This document shows, piece by piece, positions 28,604 through 38,992 of a DNA stretch of 58,531 nucleotides. The notes beneath the pieces are model-generated. The model was not told the DNA's origin. It worked only from the letters and a program-made list of their open reading frames with translations, and did no database searches. The stretch lies in IMG/VR virus record IMGVR_UViG_3300032297_000473, positions 1-58,531 of that record; one strand, given 5' to 3'. Both the position numbers and the translations under genes were made by a program. Within the stretch, counting starts at the first letter, position 1; the number at the start of each line of letters is the position of its first letter. The stretch is from a virus. Its lineage: Duplodnaviria > Caudoviricetes.

Positions 28604-31600
28604 ATGCCTATTGGATCAACAGTTGTTTATAATGCAGGTGATCTTATTCTATCAACAGTAAGTTCATCGGGTAATACATTTCAAGAAAATAAAATTGCGG
28701 CGGCAACAAGTAGCATTATTTTATTTAATTCAAATGGTTTAATAAGTTCGCAATCATTAGCGACAACAACAGTTGGAACAGCAAGTTATGTTACCGGAAG
28801 CACCGCAATAATTGGTAATTTAACAGCAAGTAACATAAGTTCAAGTAACACTGGTAGTTTTGGTATTATTGGAGTAGGAACATCATTGCCAAATGCTTTG
28901 TTGAATATAACCGGATCCATCAATCGGGCATTATTTAATATAGAATCTCCTACGAGCAATCCCGCAAATGTTACAAGTGTTATATATGCAACAAGTACAA
29001 ACAGCAGATCGTTAGTGTCTATTGGTGTTCCAAAAACATACTCAACAGCAGCAGCACCAACGCTAGATGTTGGATATTACCAAAGTGGAAGCTATGATAA
29101 TAGTATAGTTGGTAATTTTTATAAATGGGGTGCATCAAATTATGGTTCTTCTATTTTGAGAGTTGCTTCCGCGCAAACATTTGATACATCAAGTGCATCA
29201 TATTATGCATTTGACATGGAACAAAACAGTGGTGGCTCTGGTCCTTTTAGATATGGTAGCACATATGTAGATTCTTTGCTTGTAAACAATACAAAAGCGT
29301 CTAATGGTCCATATGGTTCCATACATTTTGTTACAAGTGGTAGTATAAGAATGACAGTTGGCGGCGGCACATATGCTCCGACAGTTGCAATTGGTACTAC
29401 AACATTAGATACGAGTAGTATATTAAATATTTCTGGTCCTCCAAGTTCGGCAAGTATCAGAATTATAAATAGTTCCAACAGTCGTGCTGGTCTTGTTGGT
29501 GTAGATAGTGCTGGTGTATTTCTTTCACATACAAGCAACGGTGATTATTTAGAACTGCGAAATACATCAAGTGCAGCTAATTCTTTTTATGTAAGATTTG
29601 GATATGTTGGCGGCGGCCTCGCCAGCACCGCATGTGTTTTTAATACAAATTTCATGACGATTGGAAATAGTGTATTAACGCAAACGGGTAGTGTGTTGAG
29701 TGTTCGTGGTGCATCAAGTATAGGCACAGGATTTTATACAGCAAGCGCACCAACAAGTGGGCTTATTGTAGAAGGCAATGTGGGTATTGGAATTACAAAT
29801 CCAACATACAAGTTAGATATTAGTGGCAGCAACATATATGCACGTATACAAGCACAAAATGGATATGGATTGATTTTGGGAGTATCAAAACCGATATCGA
29901 TAACACAATATTCTGGATATGCAAGTGCCGGTCAATGTTTTATATTACCAACAAATGGAGGAGATGGTATATCACTTGCATTGGCGACAAGTTTTACTTA
30001 TGTGAATAGTGTGGAACTTAGTTATTTTACGTCGAGTGGAGATTTTCGAATAGGATCACAAGGTGGTGGTGGGTCGAATCATAAATCAATTAATTTTTAT
30101 GTTAATAGCACATCTTCTATGTTTATTACTGGTTCGGGAACAAATGCCCGTGTTGGCATAAGAACCACTTCGCCTGTAAATGCATTGGATGTTGCCGGAA
30201 ACATAAGTTGCAGTGTAATTACTGCTTCGTTATTTAGTGGCAGTATCAGCGGAAGTGTATTTGGTACAAGTAGTTGGAGTAATAATAGTTTAACTGCTAG
30301 CAGTTTGATTCCAACAAACAATTATTCTGCGAGTAGTATTAATGCAAATTCAGTTATTATTAATGCCACTGCAAGTCAAGATAAAAGTGCAGTTACCAGA
30401 GAATATGTATTAAGTAGAGGAACAAATTTAATTACCAACGGATATGGTAATTTGTTTAACAATTATAATTTTTCTCCGTTTGTTTTTGATCCAGTTGACA
30501 CATATGCGGGTGGCGGATCATTTTCGCATATATCTCCCGGAAGTAATGCAAATATATTGACTTCTGAATTTATTAGTGTAGATTCTAACAAAACATATTT
30601 AGGATCAATATATGCAAAAGCTGGAAATAGAAATGGAACATTGTATACAGCATCTGCTCTTATTTTCATAGCAATAGATTGCTATGACATTGATAAAAAT
30701 CAAATTTTACCATATCATGTAAAAAAGGTAAGTACATCACAGGACACATATTTAACACAAAATTTGAATCCCGGCGATTCATTTATGGTTGTTTCTGGAA
30801 GTGCAAGTGGATGGTATACTGGAAGTGCATTGGTATATGAACGACAATTAAATTGGTGGCCATATACAAGTTCATTAGGATATGTATTTACTCCATTTAC
30901 ATATACCAGAAATCTTTCATCACTGTCAACTGGAACTGGTGTTAGTGCCGCGTCTGCAAGTTTTTATAATACAAATGGTTTGTGGGCAACCAGTTCAATT
31001 AGTTCCAGTGCAACTGGTAGTATAATTAATTTTACATCCGTTTGGGGTGGACCTCTTATTCCAAGCGGAAGTGCTGTTAGAAATGCTTCTAGCGGAGGCA
31101 CTTATAAATATGCATTTGCAAGCAACTCTCCGCTTGTTAGTGGCAGCTGGACTCGTTTTGCTGCAAGAATAGAAGGAACAGAAACAGGATCATTGGATGC
31201 AAATAGCCGTCAATTTAGACCTGAAACTAAATTTATTAAGCTTTTGTTTTTACCTAATTATGCAGGTACTCCTGTTCCTGTGAGTGCGAGTATTCATCGT
31301 TTTGCAGCAATTACATTTAATGAACAACCCGATGCAACTGGATCAGCATTCGTTCAAAATGGTAATGTATTCGGTACAACCGCATTATTAGGAACAGGTG
31401 ATGCGCAGGCGTTGGCATTTCAAACAAATAATACAGAAAGAATGCGAATTGCAGCTACAACTGGCAATGTTAGTATTGGAACCACAAGTGCAGTAGGAAA
31501 ATTAAATGTTGCCGGAAATATAAGTTGTAGTGTTGTTAGTGGAAGTTTATTTGGCACAAGTAGCTGGGCGACTAGTGCAAGTTTTGTTTCTCCGAGCGGA

Positions 31601-34402
31601 AATGCATTTGTTCAAGGTGGTAATACTTTTGGCACAAATGCGGTGATTGGTTTGAATGACAATTATCGTTTGGATATTGAAACAAATAATGCCACTGTTA
31701 TGTCGATAACAGGCAGTACGGTTGGTATAGGTACAACAACACCGGATACGGCATCAAGATTTTCTATTATAAACAGATTCAAAGTTGATGCAAATGGAAT
31801 GGTCAAACTTGGCGGAAGTACCAATACATTTGGAAACGGTTCATATGTCGATTTTGGAAACGCTTCAAATTTAGGAAATGCATCTGCTGTGTATGGAATT
31901 GTCGGTGAACCATCAAATACTGGAAGTGGAGTAGTTATAGGAATTCAATTGGTGCCACGTAGTACAATAACGGCATCTACTGTATCATATCTAGCAGGAG
32001 GTATTTTTGGTGTTAGAGCATTAGGATCTGGAAGCACAATTACAAATGGTTATGCTGTATATGCAAATTCTCCAACAGTAAATTCTGGATCTGTGTCTAC
32101 TGCAACCGGAGTTTATATTGCACGCCAAAAAATTGCATCTGGTGTTGGTGTTGGATATGGTATAGATCAAGCAGATGCAAACGACATAAATAGATTTCTT
32201 GGAAATGTTGGGATTGGAACAAATCCAGTTAGTGGTTCAACAAATAGTCTTGTTGTTGCCGGAAACATTAGTGCCAGTGCAATTACTGCGAGTAGTATCA
32301 ATGTGACTAATTTAACAGCAAGCAATATCACAGCTAGTGGCATTTCAACAGCCAATGGATATGTTGTAATTGGTGAAGATATTGCATTTCCCCAATTAAG
32401 AAACGATTATTATGCTGGTTATTCACAAGCACCATCCGCTGGACCTGCAAGTGTACTTGAAATGGTTCAAGCATTGTCAAATGCAATTGGTGTAAATGAT
32501 CCATTAAGATTTAGAACAGTTTCATCTCCCGAATATTTTAGTGCAAGTGCATGGTTTACTGATACAAATCCACCTGCATATGGCCGATTGTTTGATGGCA
32601 ATGCAAATAGTACTGTTGATTTAATTACACATGCAGATAGTTCTAGTTTAAATAAAACAATAAAACGATTTGTTGTTAGCTTTTCACAATATTCTCGTCC
32701 AAATTTTGTAATGCTTCAAAGTGATTTTGGAAACAATGCATTTAATGGATATGGTGTTCAAATTGAAAAACAAAGTGCAAGTGTGTGGATACCAGCCGTT
32801 AGTGGTAGTCAATCCATGGCAAATGGTACTGCGAGAGTAATGGCATTTCAAATGGGAGATGTATCTAATGCAGATGCATTGCGTTTTACTTTTACTGCAA
32901 GTCAAGCATTAACTTTAGCTAATGGTGTTAGTGGATCGGTTCGATTAAATTCGATACGAAGTCTTGGAAATCAATATTATAGTTCAACGATTCCGGTTTA
33001 TACAAATAGCGGATCTCAATTAATTTGTACAAATAACGTTGGTATAGGCACTACAATACCTAGAAATCGTTTGGATGTTGCTGGAAACATAAGTTGTAGT
33101 GTTATCACAGCAAGTTTATTTAGTGGAAGTCATAGTGGAAGCACATTTGGTACAAGCAGTTGGAGTACAAATAGCTTAACAGCAAGTTTTGTTTCAAATG
33201 CATTTGTTCAAGGTGGTAATAGTTTCGGTACAACTGCCACACTTGGAACAAATGATGCAAACGGATTGGCGTTAGAAACAAACGGAACTACTAGAATGAC
33301 CGTTGGAAGTGGTGGTCAAATTGGTATTGGCACTGGTATTAATCCTGCTTATAAAACTTATATTGTAGATACTCAACTTTCATCAGATGGATCTGCTTCT
33401 CTTGCTATTGTTACAACACAAGCACAAACAAGTGGTTCAGCTACAAGTAGTAACACGGCAACTATTCAAACAACATATGTGGTATCCACATATACTGGTA
33501 GCACCGCACTGCAAAATCAAGGTATTTACAATCTGTTGGTCATGAATGGTAGTGGTAGTGCAAGCGGTAGCTATAGAGCAATGCGTAATGGATTGTTAAT
33601 TGGAAATTCTGTCGCGTTGGATGCAGGTAGTAGTTTTTCTAATACAGTTTGCACAAATCAAATTAGTTCAAATATTGCATCATTCAGTGTTCCAAGTTGG
33701 ATAGCTGGAACAAACACTTCCATTGATTTGATCCCGGGCAATTCAACAGGTAGTATTACAAATTTGTATCACCACGTTCTTAATTCTCCATTTTCAATAG
33801 GCGTAGGTGGTATAACTGTTACAAATGCATATGGTATATACATTGCAAAACAAAAAACAACAAGTATCGTTACAAATGCATATGGTATTTATCAAGTTGA
33901 TACAGGCGATTTAAATATATTTGCAGGCAAAACTCGTATTGGTAGCACGACAGCACCAGTCAATACATTGGATGTTTCTGGTAATATAAGTTGCAGTGCA
34001 ATTACAGCATCATTAATAACAACAAATCAAATTGTAATAACTGGCAGTATAACCAGTAGCGGACCTATAATTTATGATAACGCAGTGTTATTAGATTATA
34101 GTGCATCGACATTAACTAATAGTAGTAGCAACTTTGTTATATTACAAAATTCAACAGGATCTTATAATGCTGCATTTTTTGATTATGTTGCGCTTAGTGG
34201 AAGCAGTTATCGTGCCGGAACAATATTTGGTGGCTGGTCTAGTGGATCTATAAATTATACAGAATATAGCACAACAGACACAGGATCAAGTCAAAATTTA
34301 AATTTATCACTCGATTTGTCTGCTTCATTTATAAGATTGTTGGCAAATTATTCCGGATCTCAAATAAATTGGTATGTAAAAGCGAGTGGCAGATATATAT
34401 AA
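28604..34402 (+). CDS. long modular tail fibre / receptor-binding protein
   Basis: 1932 aa; repeated VGIGTTxP..LDVAGNISCS and AFVQGGNxFGT modules separating unique beta domains. Confidence 0.8.
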   Translation: MPIGSTVVYNAGDLILSTVSSSGNTFQENKIAAATSSIILFNSNGLISSQSLATTTVGTASYVTGSTAIIGNLTASNISSSNTGSFGIIGVGTSLPNALLNITGSINRALFNIESPTSNPANVTSVIYATSTNSRSLVSIGVPKTYSTAAAPTLDVGYYQSGSYDNSIVGNFYKWGASNYGSSILRVASAQTFDTSSASYYAFDMEQNSGGSGPFRYGSTYVDSLLVNNTKASNGPYGSIHFVTSGSIRMTVGGGTYAPTVAIGTTTLDTSSILNISGPPSSASIRIINSSNSRAGLVGVDSAGVFLSHTSNGDYLELRNTSSAANSFYVRFGYVGGGLASTACVFNTNFMTIGNSVLTQTGSVLSVRGASSIGTGFYTASAPTSGLIVEGNVGIGITNPTYKLDISGSNIYARIQAQNGYGLILGVSKPISITQYSGYASAGQCFILPTNGGDGISLALATSFTYVNSVELSYFTSSGDFRIGSQGGGGSNHKSINFYVNSTSSMFITGSGTNARVGIRTTSPVNALDVAGNISCSVITASLFSGSISGSVFGTSSWSNNSLTASSLIPTNNYSASSINANSVIINATASQDKSAVTREYVLSRGTNLITNGYGNLFNNYNFSPFVFDPVDTYAGGGSFSHISPGSNANILTSEFISVDSNKTYLGSIYAKAGNRNGTLYTASALIFIAIDCYDIDKNQILPYHVKKVSTSQDTYLTQNLNPGDSFMVVSGSASGWYTGSALVYERQLNWWPYTSSLGYVFTPFTYTRNLSSLSTGTGVSAASASFYNTNGLWATSSISSSATGSIINFTSVWGGPLIPSGSAVRNASSGGTYKYAFASNSPLVSGSWTRFAARIEGTETGSLDANSRQFRPETKFIKLLFLPNYAGTPVPVSASIHRFAAITFNEQPDATGSAFVQNGNVFGTTALLGTGDAQALAFQTNNTERMRIAATTGNVSIGTTSAVGKLNVAGNISCSVVSGSLFGTSSWATSASFVSPSGNAFVQGGNTFGTNAVIGLNDNYRLDIETNNATVMSITGSTVGIGTTTPDTASRFSIINRFKVDANGMVKLGGSTNTFGNGSYVDFGNASNLGNASAVYGIVGEPSNTGSGVVIGIQLVPRSTITASTVSYLAGGIFGVRALGSGSTITNGYAVYANSPTVNSGSVSTATGVYIARQKIASGVGVGYGIDQADANDINRFLGNVGIGTNPVSGSTNSLVVAGNISASAITASSINVTNLTASNITASGISTANGYVVIGEDIAFPQLRNDYYAGYSQAPSAGPASVLEMVQALSNAIGVNDPLRFRTVSSPEYFSASAWFTDTNPPAYGRLFDGNANSTVDLITHADSSSLNKTIKRFVVSFSQYSRPNFVMLQSDFGNNAFNGYGVQIEKQSASVWIPAVSGSQSMANGTARVMAFQMGDVSNADALRFTFTASQALTLANGVSGSVRLNSIRSLGNQYYSSTIPVYTNSGSQLICTNNVGIGTTIPRNRLDVAGNISCSVITASLFSGSHSGSTFGTSSWSTNSLTASFVSNAFVQGGNSFGTTATLGTNDANGLALETNGTTRMTVGSGGQIGIGTGINPAYKTYIVDTQLSSDGSASLAIVTTQAQTSGSATSSNTATIQTTYVVSTYTGSTALQNQGIYNLLVMNGSGSASGSYRAMRNGLLIGNSVALDAGSSFSNTVCTNQISSNIASFSVPSWIAGTNTSIDLIPGNSTGSITNLYHHVLNSPFSIGVGGITVTNAYGIYIAKQKTTSIVTNAYGIYQVDTGDLNIFAGKTRIGSTTAPVNTLDVSGNISCSAITASLITTNQIVITGSITSSGPIIYDNAVLLDYSASTLTNSSSNFVILQNSTGSYNAAFFDYVALSGSSYRAGTIFGGWSSGSINYTEYSTTDTGSSQNLNLSLDLSASFIRLLANYSGSQINWYVKASGRYI

Positions 34403-34447
34403 TATAGTTATAAACATATATTTTCTGGATAGTGAAAGAAAACACAT

Positions 34448-34684
34448 ATGGCAAATGAATTTTTAGTAAAAAACGGATTAATAAGTAGATCCGATATAAT
34501 TGTTACTGGTAGTTTATTAATTAGTCAAACAATAACTGCCTCTGCAATTACATCTAGTTTTACTGGAAGTTTATTGGGTACTGCAAGTTATGCGTTAAAT
34601 TTTGCACTTTTCGGCAATGTTGATGGTGGCCGTCCAGATTCAATATATGGTGGAGCAACATCAATAGACGCTGGAGGACCGTAA
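34448..34684 (+). CDS. small fibre-associated protein (MANEFLVKNGL)
   Basis: Fibre-like motifs ITAS/TGS, DGG motifs. Confidence 0.6.
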   Translation: MANEFLVKNGLISRSDIIVTGSLLISQTITASAITSSFTGSLLGTASYALNFALFGNVDGGRPDSIYGGATSIDAGGP

Positions 34685-34689
34685 AATTT

Positions 34690-35331
34690 ATGGCTGTAAA
34701 TATTCAATTAAGAAATGGAACATCTGCACAATGGACATCTGTGAATCCAACTTTAATGATTGGAGAATTGGGTGTAGAAACAGATACTTCGCAATTTAAA
34801 ATAGGTAATGGTGTGTTGGCGTGGAATGCATTACCATATGCAACTTCATCAAATGCATATTCTAGTAGTGTTAGTATCACTGCGCAAACTGCATCTTTTT
34901 TGACAACCACAAACAATTATACGGTCTCAAATTTAATAGTTAGTGGTAGTTTAATATATCCACGTATATCATCATCTATACAAAGTAGTGTACTCACGAT
35001 TGATGAAACTGGATCTGTTAAAAAAAGAACATATATAAATGTAATAACAAAAAGTGTTGGATTTAATTTAACAAGTTCTGAAGAAGGATATTATATTAGA
35101 TATACAGGCGCATCTGATGCAAATGTTACAATTTTATCATCTTCGGTTCATGCTATGGATGTAAACTCTGTTTTTACAGTAATGCAGGCAGGTGCAGGTA
35201 TAATAACTGTTACTGGCTCCGCTGCTACTATTGTAGTAAATGGATCAAATAAAACCGCAGGACAATACAAAGCATTGCAAATAGTTAAAGTTGACACAGA
35301 CACATTTGATATTATTGGAGGAGTTGTATAA
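34690..35331 (+). CDS. fibre protein with major-tropism-determinant N-terminal-like domain
   Basis: IQLRNGTSAQWTSVNPTL..GELGVETDT..FKIGNG..WNALPY; C-term Q.GAG.ITV..GQY..D.F.IIG. Confidence 0.7.
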   Translation: MAVNIQLRNGTSAQWTSVNPTLMIGELGVETDTSQFKIGNGVLAWNALPYATSSNAYSSSVSITAQTASFLTTTNNYTVSNLIVSGSLIYPRISSSIQSSVLTIDETGSVKKRTYINVITKSVGFNLTSSEEGYYIRYTGASDANVTILSSSVHAMDVNSVFTVMQAGAGIITVTGSAATIVVNGSNKTAGQYKALQIVKVDTDTFDIIGGVV

Positions 35332-35334
35332 AAT

Positions 35335-37476
35335 ATGAGCAGACCATTGATAATAGGTGTAGTATCTCCTATAGATACAGGATATTATTTATACGGATAT
35401 GGAAACAATGAATTTGGTCAGCTTGCTGACAATACTTCAGGATTTGCATATAGTCCTCAATTTGTAGGATCTGGATATGTATCGTGTAGTATTGGAAATG
35501 TAGATTCTAATTCACCACATACAATTGTAATAAAATCAGATGGAACACTATGGGGGTGTGGTGTTGCAAGCTTTAATACGTTAACATCACAATATAACAC
35601 TCCCCAGTTTTCATTGGTTCAAATTGGAACAGGATCTGACTGGAAAGCAGTTTCAGTCGGATATTATGGTAATTCATTTATAAAAAGTGACAATACTTTA
35701 TGGATTAATGGAGCGTCCATCACACAATCTAGTAGCGGTTCATGGAAAACCATAAAAGAAGGAGTTCTTGGTAGTAGACTGGGTATTATGCAAGATGATA
35801 CCGCATGGGGTTGGGGAGACAATACGTATGGCCAACTTGGTCAGAACAATACAGTATCATATAGTACAGCATCAGTGCAATTCGGAAGTGGATCAACATG
35901 GCAAGTGCTTGATTTTATGAACCACACAATGGCTGTAAAATCAGATGGAACTTTGTGGGCATGCGGACTCAATACAACAGGACAGTTGGGAATTAATAAC
36001 GTTTTAAATCGAAGTTCGCCAGTTCAAGTTGGCACTGCTTCAAATTGGTCGTATGTGGCGTGTGGTAACAGTCATACACTTGCCGTTAAAACAGATGGAA
36101 CTTTATGGGCATGGGGAAATAATTCAACATATGGTGCATTAGGCACAAACAACACAACAAATAGAAGTTCTCCTGTGCAAGTTGGTACTGGATCTGATTG
36201 GCAATATGTAGTTGGTGGATACAATTTTAGTCTTGCTGTTAAAACAAATGGAACACTTTGGAGTTGGGGATTAAATAACATAAACGCAACGGGAATTTAT
36301 GGTAACGGAGCGTTGGGTTTGGGAGACACTGCACACAGAAGTTCTCCGGTTCAAATCGGAACAGCATCCAATTGGACAAAAAATATCAACGCCACTATAG
36401 TGGGTACTGTTGCAATTAATTCTAATAATGAACTCTATACATGGGGGTCTAATCAATACGGATCTCTTGCAGTGCCACTTTCATATCGTTCATCTATGAC
36501 TCAATTATCAACAACAAAATGGACACATCTTCGTGGCGGACAGAATATTAGTCAAGTTGTACCACCGATAGTAATTGCCAGAAAATCCAACGGTACACTT
36601 TGGAATTGGGGGGCAACAAACAATAGTACAGGTTTTAGAAGTTCTCCTGTTCAGATAGGTTCCAAAACAGATTGGACTGGAAAATATGATGTAGGTGGAG
36701 TTACAGCATATGCAATTGATGCTTCAAATAGATTATTTCTTTTGAGTAATGGAGCCGCTTCACAAATAGGAGCACTAACAGACTGGTTTAATGTTGGAAT
36801 GGCAAATAGAAACGGTAACGTCGAAACAGTTACAATAGCGGCTATAAAAACAAATAATACGATATGGACGTGGGGAAATAATACAGTTGGAGAATTGGGT
36901 AATAACAGTGTTGTTTCTACAACTTCTCCAGTTCAACTCGGACTTGATACAAATTGGTCTGCTTCGTTTGGTGGCGAGGGGCATTTTCTTGCACTTAAAA
37001 CAGATGGAACATTATGGGGTTGGGGACTTAATACATCTGGGCAGTTGGGTATAGGTGATATTGTGAATCGAAGTTCTCCTGTTCAAATTGGTACTGGTTC
37101 AAATTGGAGAATTGTTAGCACAAATCAATTGCACACACTTGCGTTAAAAACAGATGGAACACTGTGGGCGTGGGGAAGTAATGCATATGGACAACTTGGA
37201 CAAAACAATATAATAAATAGAAGTTCTCCTGTTCAAATTGGTACTGGTTCAAATTGGACAAAAGTTGGCACTGGTTATGAATGTTCATTTGCTATAAGAT
37301 CAGATGGAACATTGTGGAATTGGGGCGTTCAAAATTTAAATGGAGCAATTGGTGGATATATATCAGGTATATTAGATACAGCTCCTCGTAGTTCACCAGT
37401 TCAAGTTGGTGCTTTAACTGGTTGGGAAACAATCGGCGCAGAACAAATACGATTAACGGTTTTTTTAAAATCATAA
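35335..37476 (+). CDS. RCC1/BLIP-II repeat beta-propeller protein (probable adhesin)
   Basis: Repeated H.LA.K.DGTLWAWG.N..GQLG..RSSPVQIGTGSNW units. Confidence 0.9.
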   Translation: MSRPLIIGVVSPIDTGYYLYGYGNNEFGQLADNTSGFAYSPQFVGSGYVSCSIGNVDSNSPHTIVIKSDGTLWGCGVASFNTLTSQYNTPQFSLVQIGTGSDWKAVSVGYYGNSFIKSDNTLWINGASITQSSSGSWKTIKEGVLGSRLGIMQDDTAWGWGDNTYGQLGQNNTVSYSTASVQFGSGSTWQVLDFMNHTMAVKSDGTLWACGLNTTGQLGINNVLNRSSPVQVGTASNWSYVACGNSHTLAVKTDGTLWAWGNNSTYGALGTNNTTNRSSPVQVGTGSDWQYVVGGYNFSLAVKTNGTLWSWGLNNINATGIYGNGALGLGDTAHRSSPVQIGTASNWTKNINATIVGTVAINSNNELYTWGSNQYGSLAVPLSYRSSMTQLSTTKWTHLRGGQNISQVVPPIVIARKSNGTLWNWGATNNSTGFRSSPVQIGSKTDWTGKYDVGGVTAYAIDASNRLFLLSNGAASQIGALTDWFNVGMANRNGNVETVTIAAIKTNNTIWTWGNNTVGELGNNSVVSTTSPVQLGLDTNWSASFGGEGHFLALKTDGTLWGWGLNTSGQLGIGDIVNRSSPVQIGTGSNWRIVSTNQLHTLALKTDGTLWAWGSNAYGQLGQNNIINRSSPVQIGTGSNWTKVGTGYECSFAIRSDGTLWNWGVQNLNGAIGGYISGILDTAPRSSPVQVGALTGWETIGAEQIRLTVFLKS

Positions 37477-37477
37477 C

Positions 37478-38992
37478 ATGATAACAGATATTTTATTTAC
37501 GGGTATATTATATTCTGGTGAATTTATATTAGAAACTTTATTCGATCAACATTCGATATTAAAAAATATAAAATTTATTAAAAATGAAAACTCTCTAATT
37601 CCAAAAAAAATTAATTTTATTGTAGTTCGTGAAACCGCTGATATTGCGGCATTTATTGTTCACAAAAATCAAATGGAAAATAACTTATATAATTTTTTAA
37701 ACACATCTATTGAAATTATTCAATTAAAACAAAGTTATGCTTTAATAAGCAATTTTTATAAAATGTTGGTTGAAAATAAAAACAATTATTTTATTATTTC
37801 GTATGACGAGTTAATAAATAATCCACAATATATTATGAACAACATTCATAGTATTCTTGGAATTGAACATTTTTCGTATGACACAACATTTTTAAAATAT
37901 ATCTTACAATTGGATTCTAAAAAAATATTATCTGAATTTTATGATGAGTACGATCAAACAACATTTTGGAATTTAAAATATGAAAGTGCAAAACCAATAA
38001 AAGATATTCAATTGCAATTAGATTATGCATTGAATGGAGATTTTGAAAATGCAAAAATGTTAGTTGATAAACTTGAGCGTGAGCAGCCAATGAACCACAG
38101 AGCGGCATTTAATCGTGGATGGTTTAAAATGAAAGAAGGAAAGTTGTTGGAAGGGCATCGATTATTGGATAGAGGTAGATTAATTAATGTTTTTGGAAAC
38201 AATCCAAACTTACCACTTCCTATATGGAATGGAAAAAAATCAGGAACTGTATTATTTTATCTGGAAGGTGGATTGGGAGACCAAATTCATTTTTTTAGAT
38301 ATGCAAACGTTATTAAAAAAATGAATAATGATGTTATAGTTGCGTGTGACGCTGGTTTGGTAGAACTTTTTACAAACAATACTACATGTAAAGTTATTTC
38401 ACATGATCAAATTAGTTATTTTTATAATGTTGATTGTTGGGTTCCTTCTATGTCAGTGATATCTATTTTACAATATGAATATGAAAATATTTCAAATGAA
38501 CCATATATAGATTTTAAAAAAAAATCTATAGATTCAAATAAAATTACGATTGGTTTAAAATGGTCTGGCAATCCGAAATTTGAACATCAACAACATAGAA
38601 AATTTCCACTTGACTTGTTTTTTGAAAGTGTATATAATACTAACTATAATTATATATCTCTTCAACGAGATGAAGAGTCTGATATGTGTCCATCTTGGGT
38701 AGAAAAACAAAATTTAAACACTTGGATGGACACCAAAAATGCAATTGAAAAATGCGACTTGATTATTAGTTCCTGCACATCCGTTCCACACTTATCAAGT
38801 GCAATGGGTGTTGAAACATGGATTCTTGTTCCAATTTTGCCGTATTTTTTATGGGCACTTCCATCAGAAAAAACACCATATTACAAGAACACAACACTAT
38901 TTAGACAAACTAACAAGTCTAATTGGCACGAACCAATGGAAAAAATAAAATTTAAATTAAATGAATTTGACAATTATATTAAGAACACATGA
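37478..38992 (+). CDS. degenerate sulfotransferase-like + TPR + GT9-like glycosyltransferase
   Basis: ISYDELINNP; HRAAFNRGW; EGGLGDQIHFFRY, IGLKWSGNP, SLQ, DLIISSCTSVPHLSSAMG, LFRQ..W. Confidence 0.7.
   Translation: MITDILFTGILYSGEFILETLFDQHSILKNIKFIKNENSLIPKKINFIVVRETADIAAFIVHKNQMENNLYNFLNTSIEIIQLKQSYALISNFYKMLVENKNNYFIISYDELINNPQYIMNNIHSILGIEHFSYDTTFLKYILQLDSKKILSEFYDEYDQTTFWNLKYESAKPIKDIQLQLDYALNGDFENAKMLVDKLEREQPMNHRAAFNRGWFKMKEGKLLEGHRLLDRGRLINVFGNNPNLPLPIWNGKKSGTVLFYLEGGLGDQIHFFRYANVIKKMNNDVIVACDAGLVELFTNNTTCKVISHDQISYFYNVDCWVPSMSVISILQYEYENISNEPYIDFKKKSIDSNKITIGLKWSGNPKFEHQQHRKFPLDLFFESVYNTNYNYISLQRDEESDMCPSWVEKQNLNTWMDTKNAIEKCDLIISSCTSVPHLSSAMGVETWILVPILPYFLWALPSEKTPYYKNTTLFRQTNKSNWHEPMEKIKFKLNEFDNYIKNT

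Noticed and set aside
35335-37476. Diversity-generating retroelement suggested by the Mtd-N domain and near-identical repeats
   Set aside because: No reverse transcriptase in the window, and repeats are ordinary RCC1 units without an adenine-specific TR/VR pair
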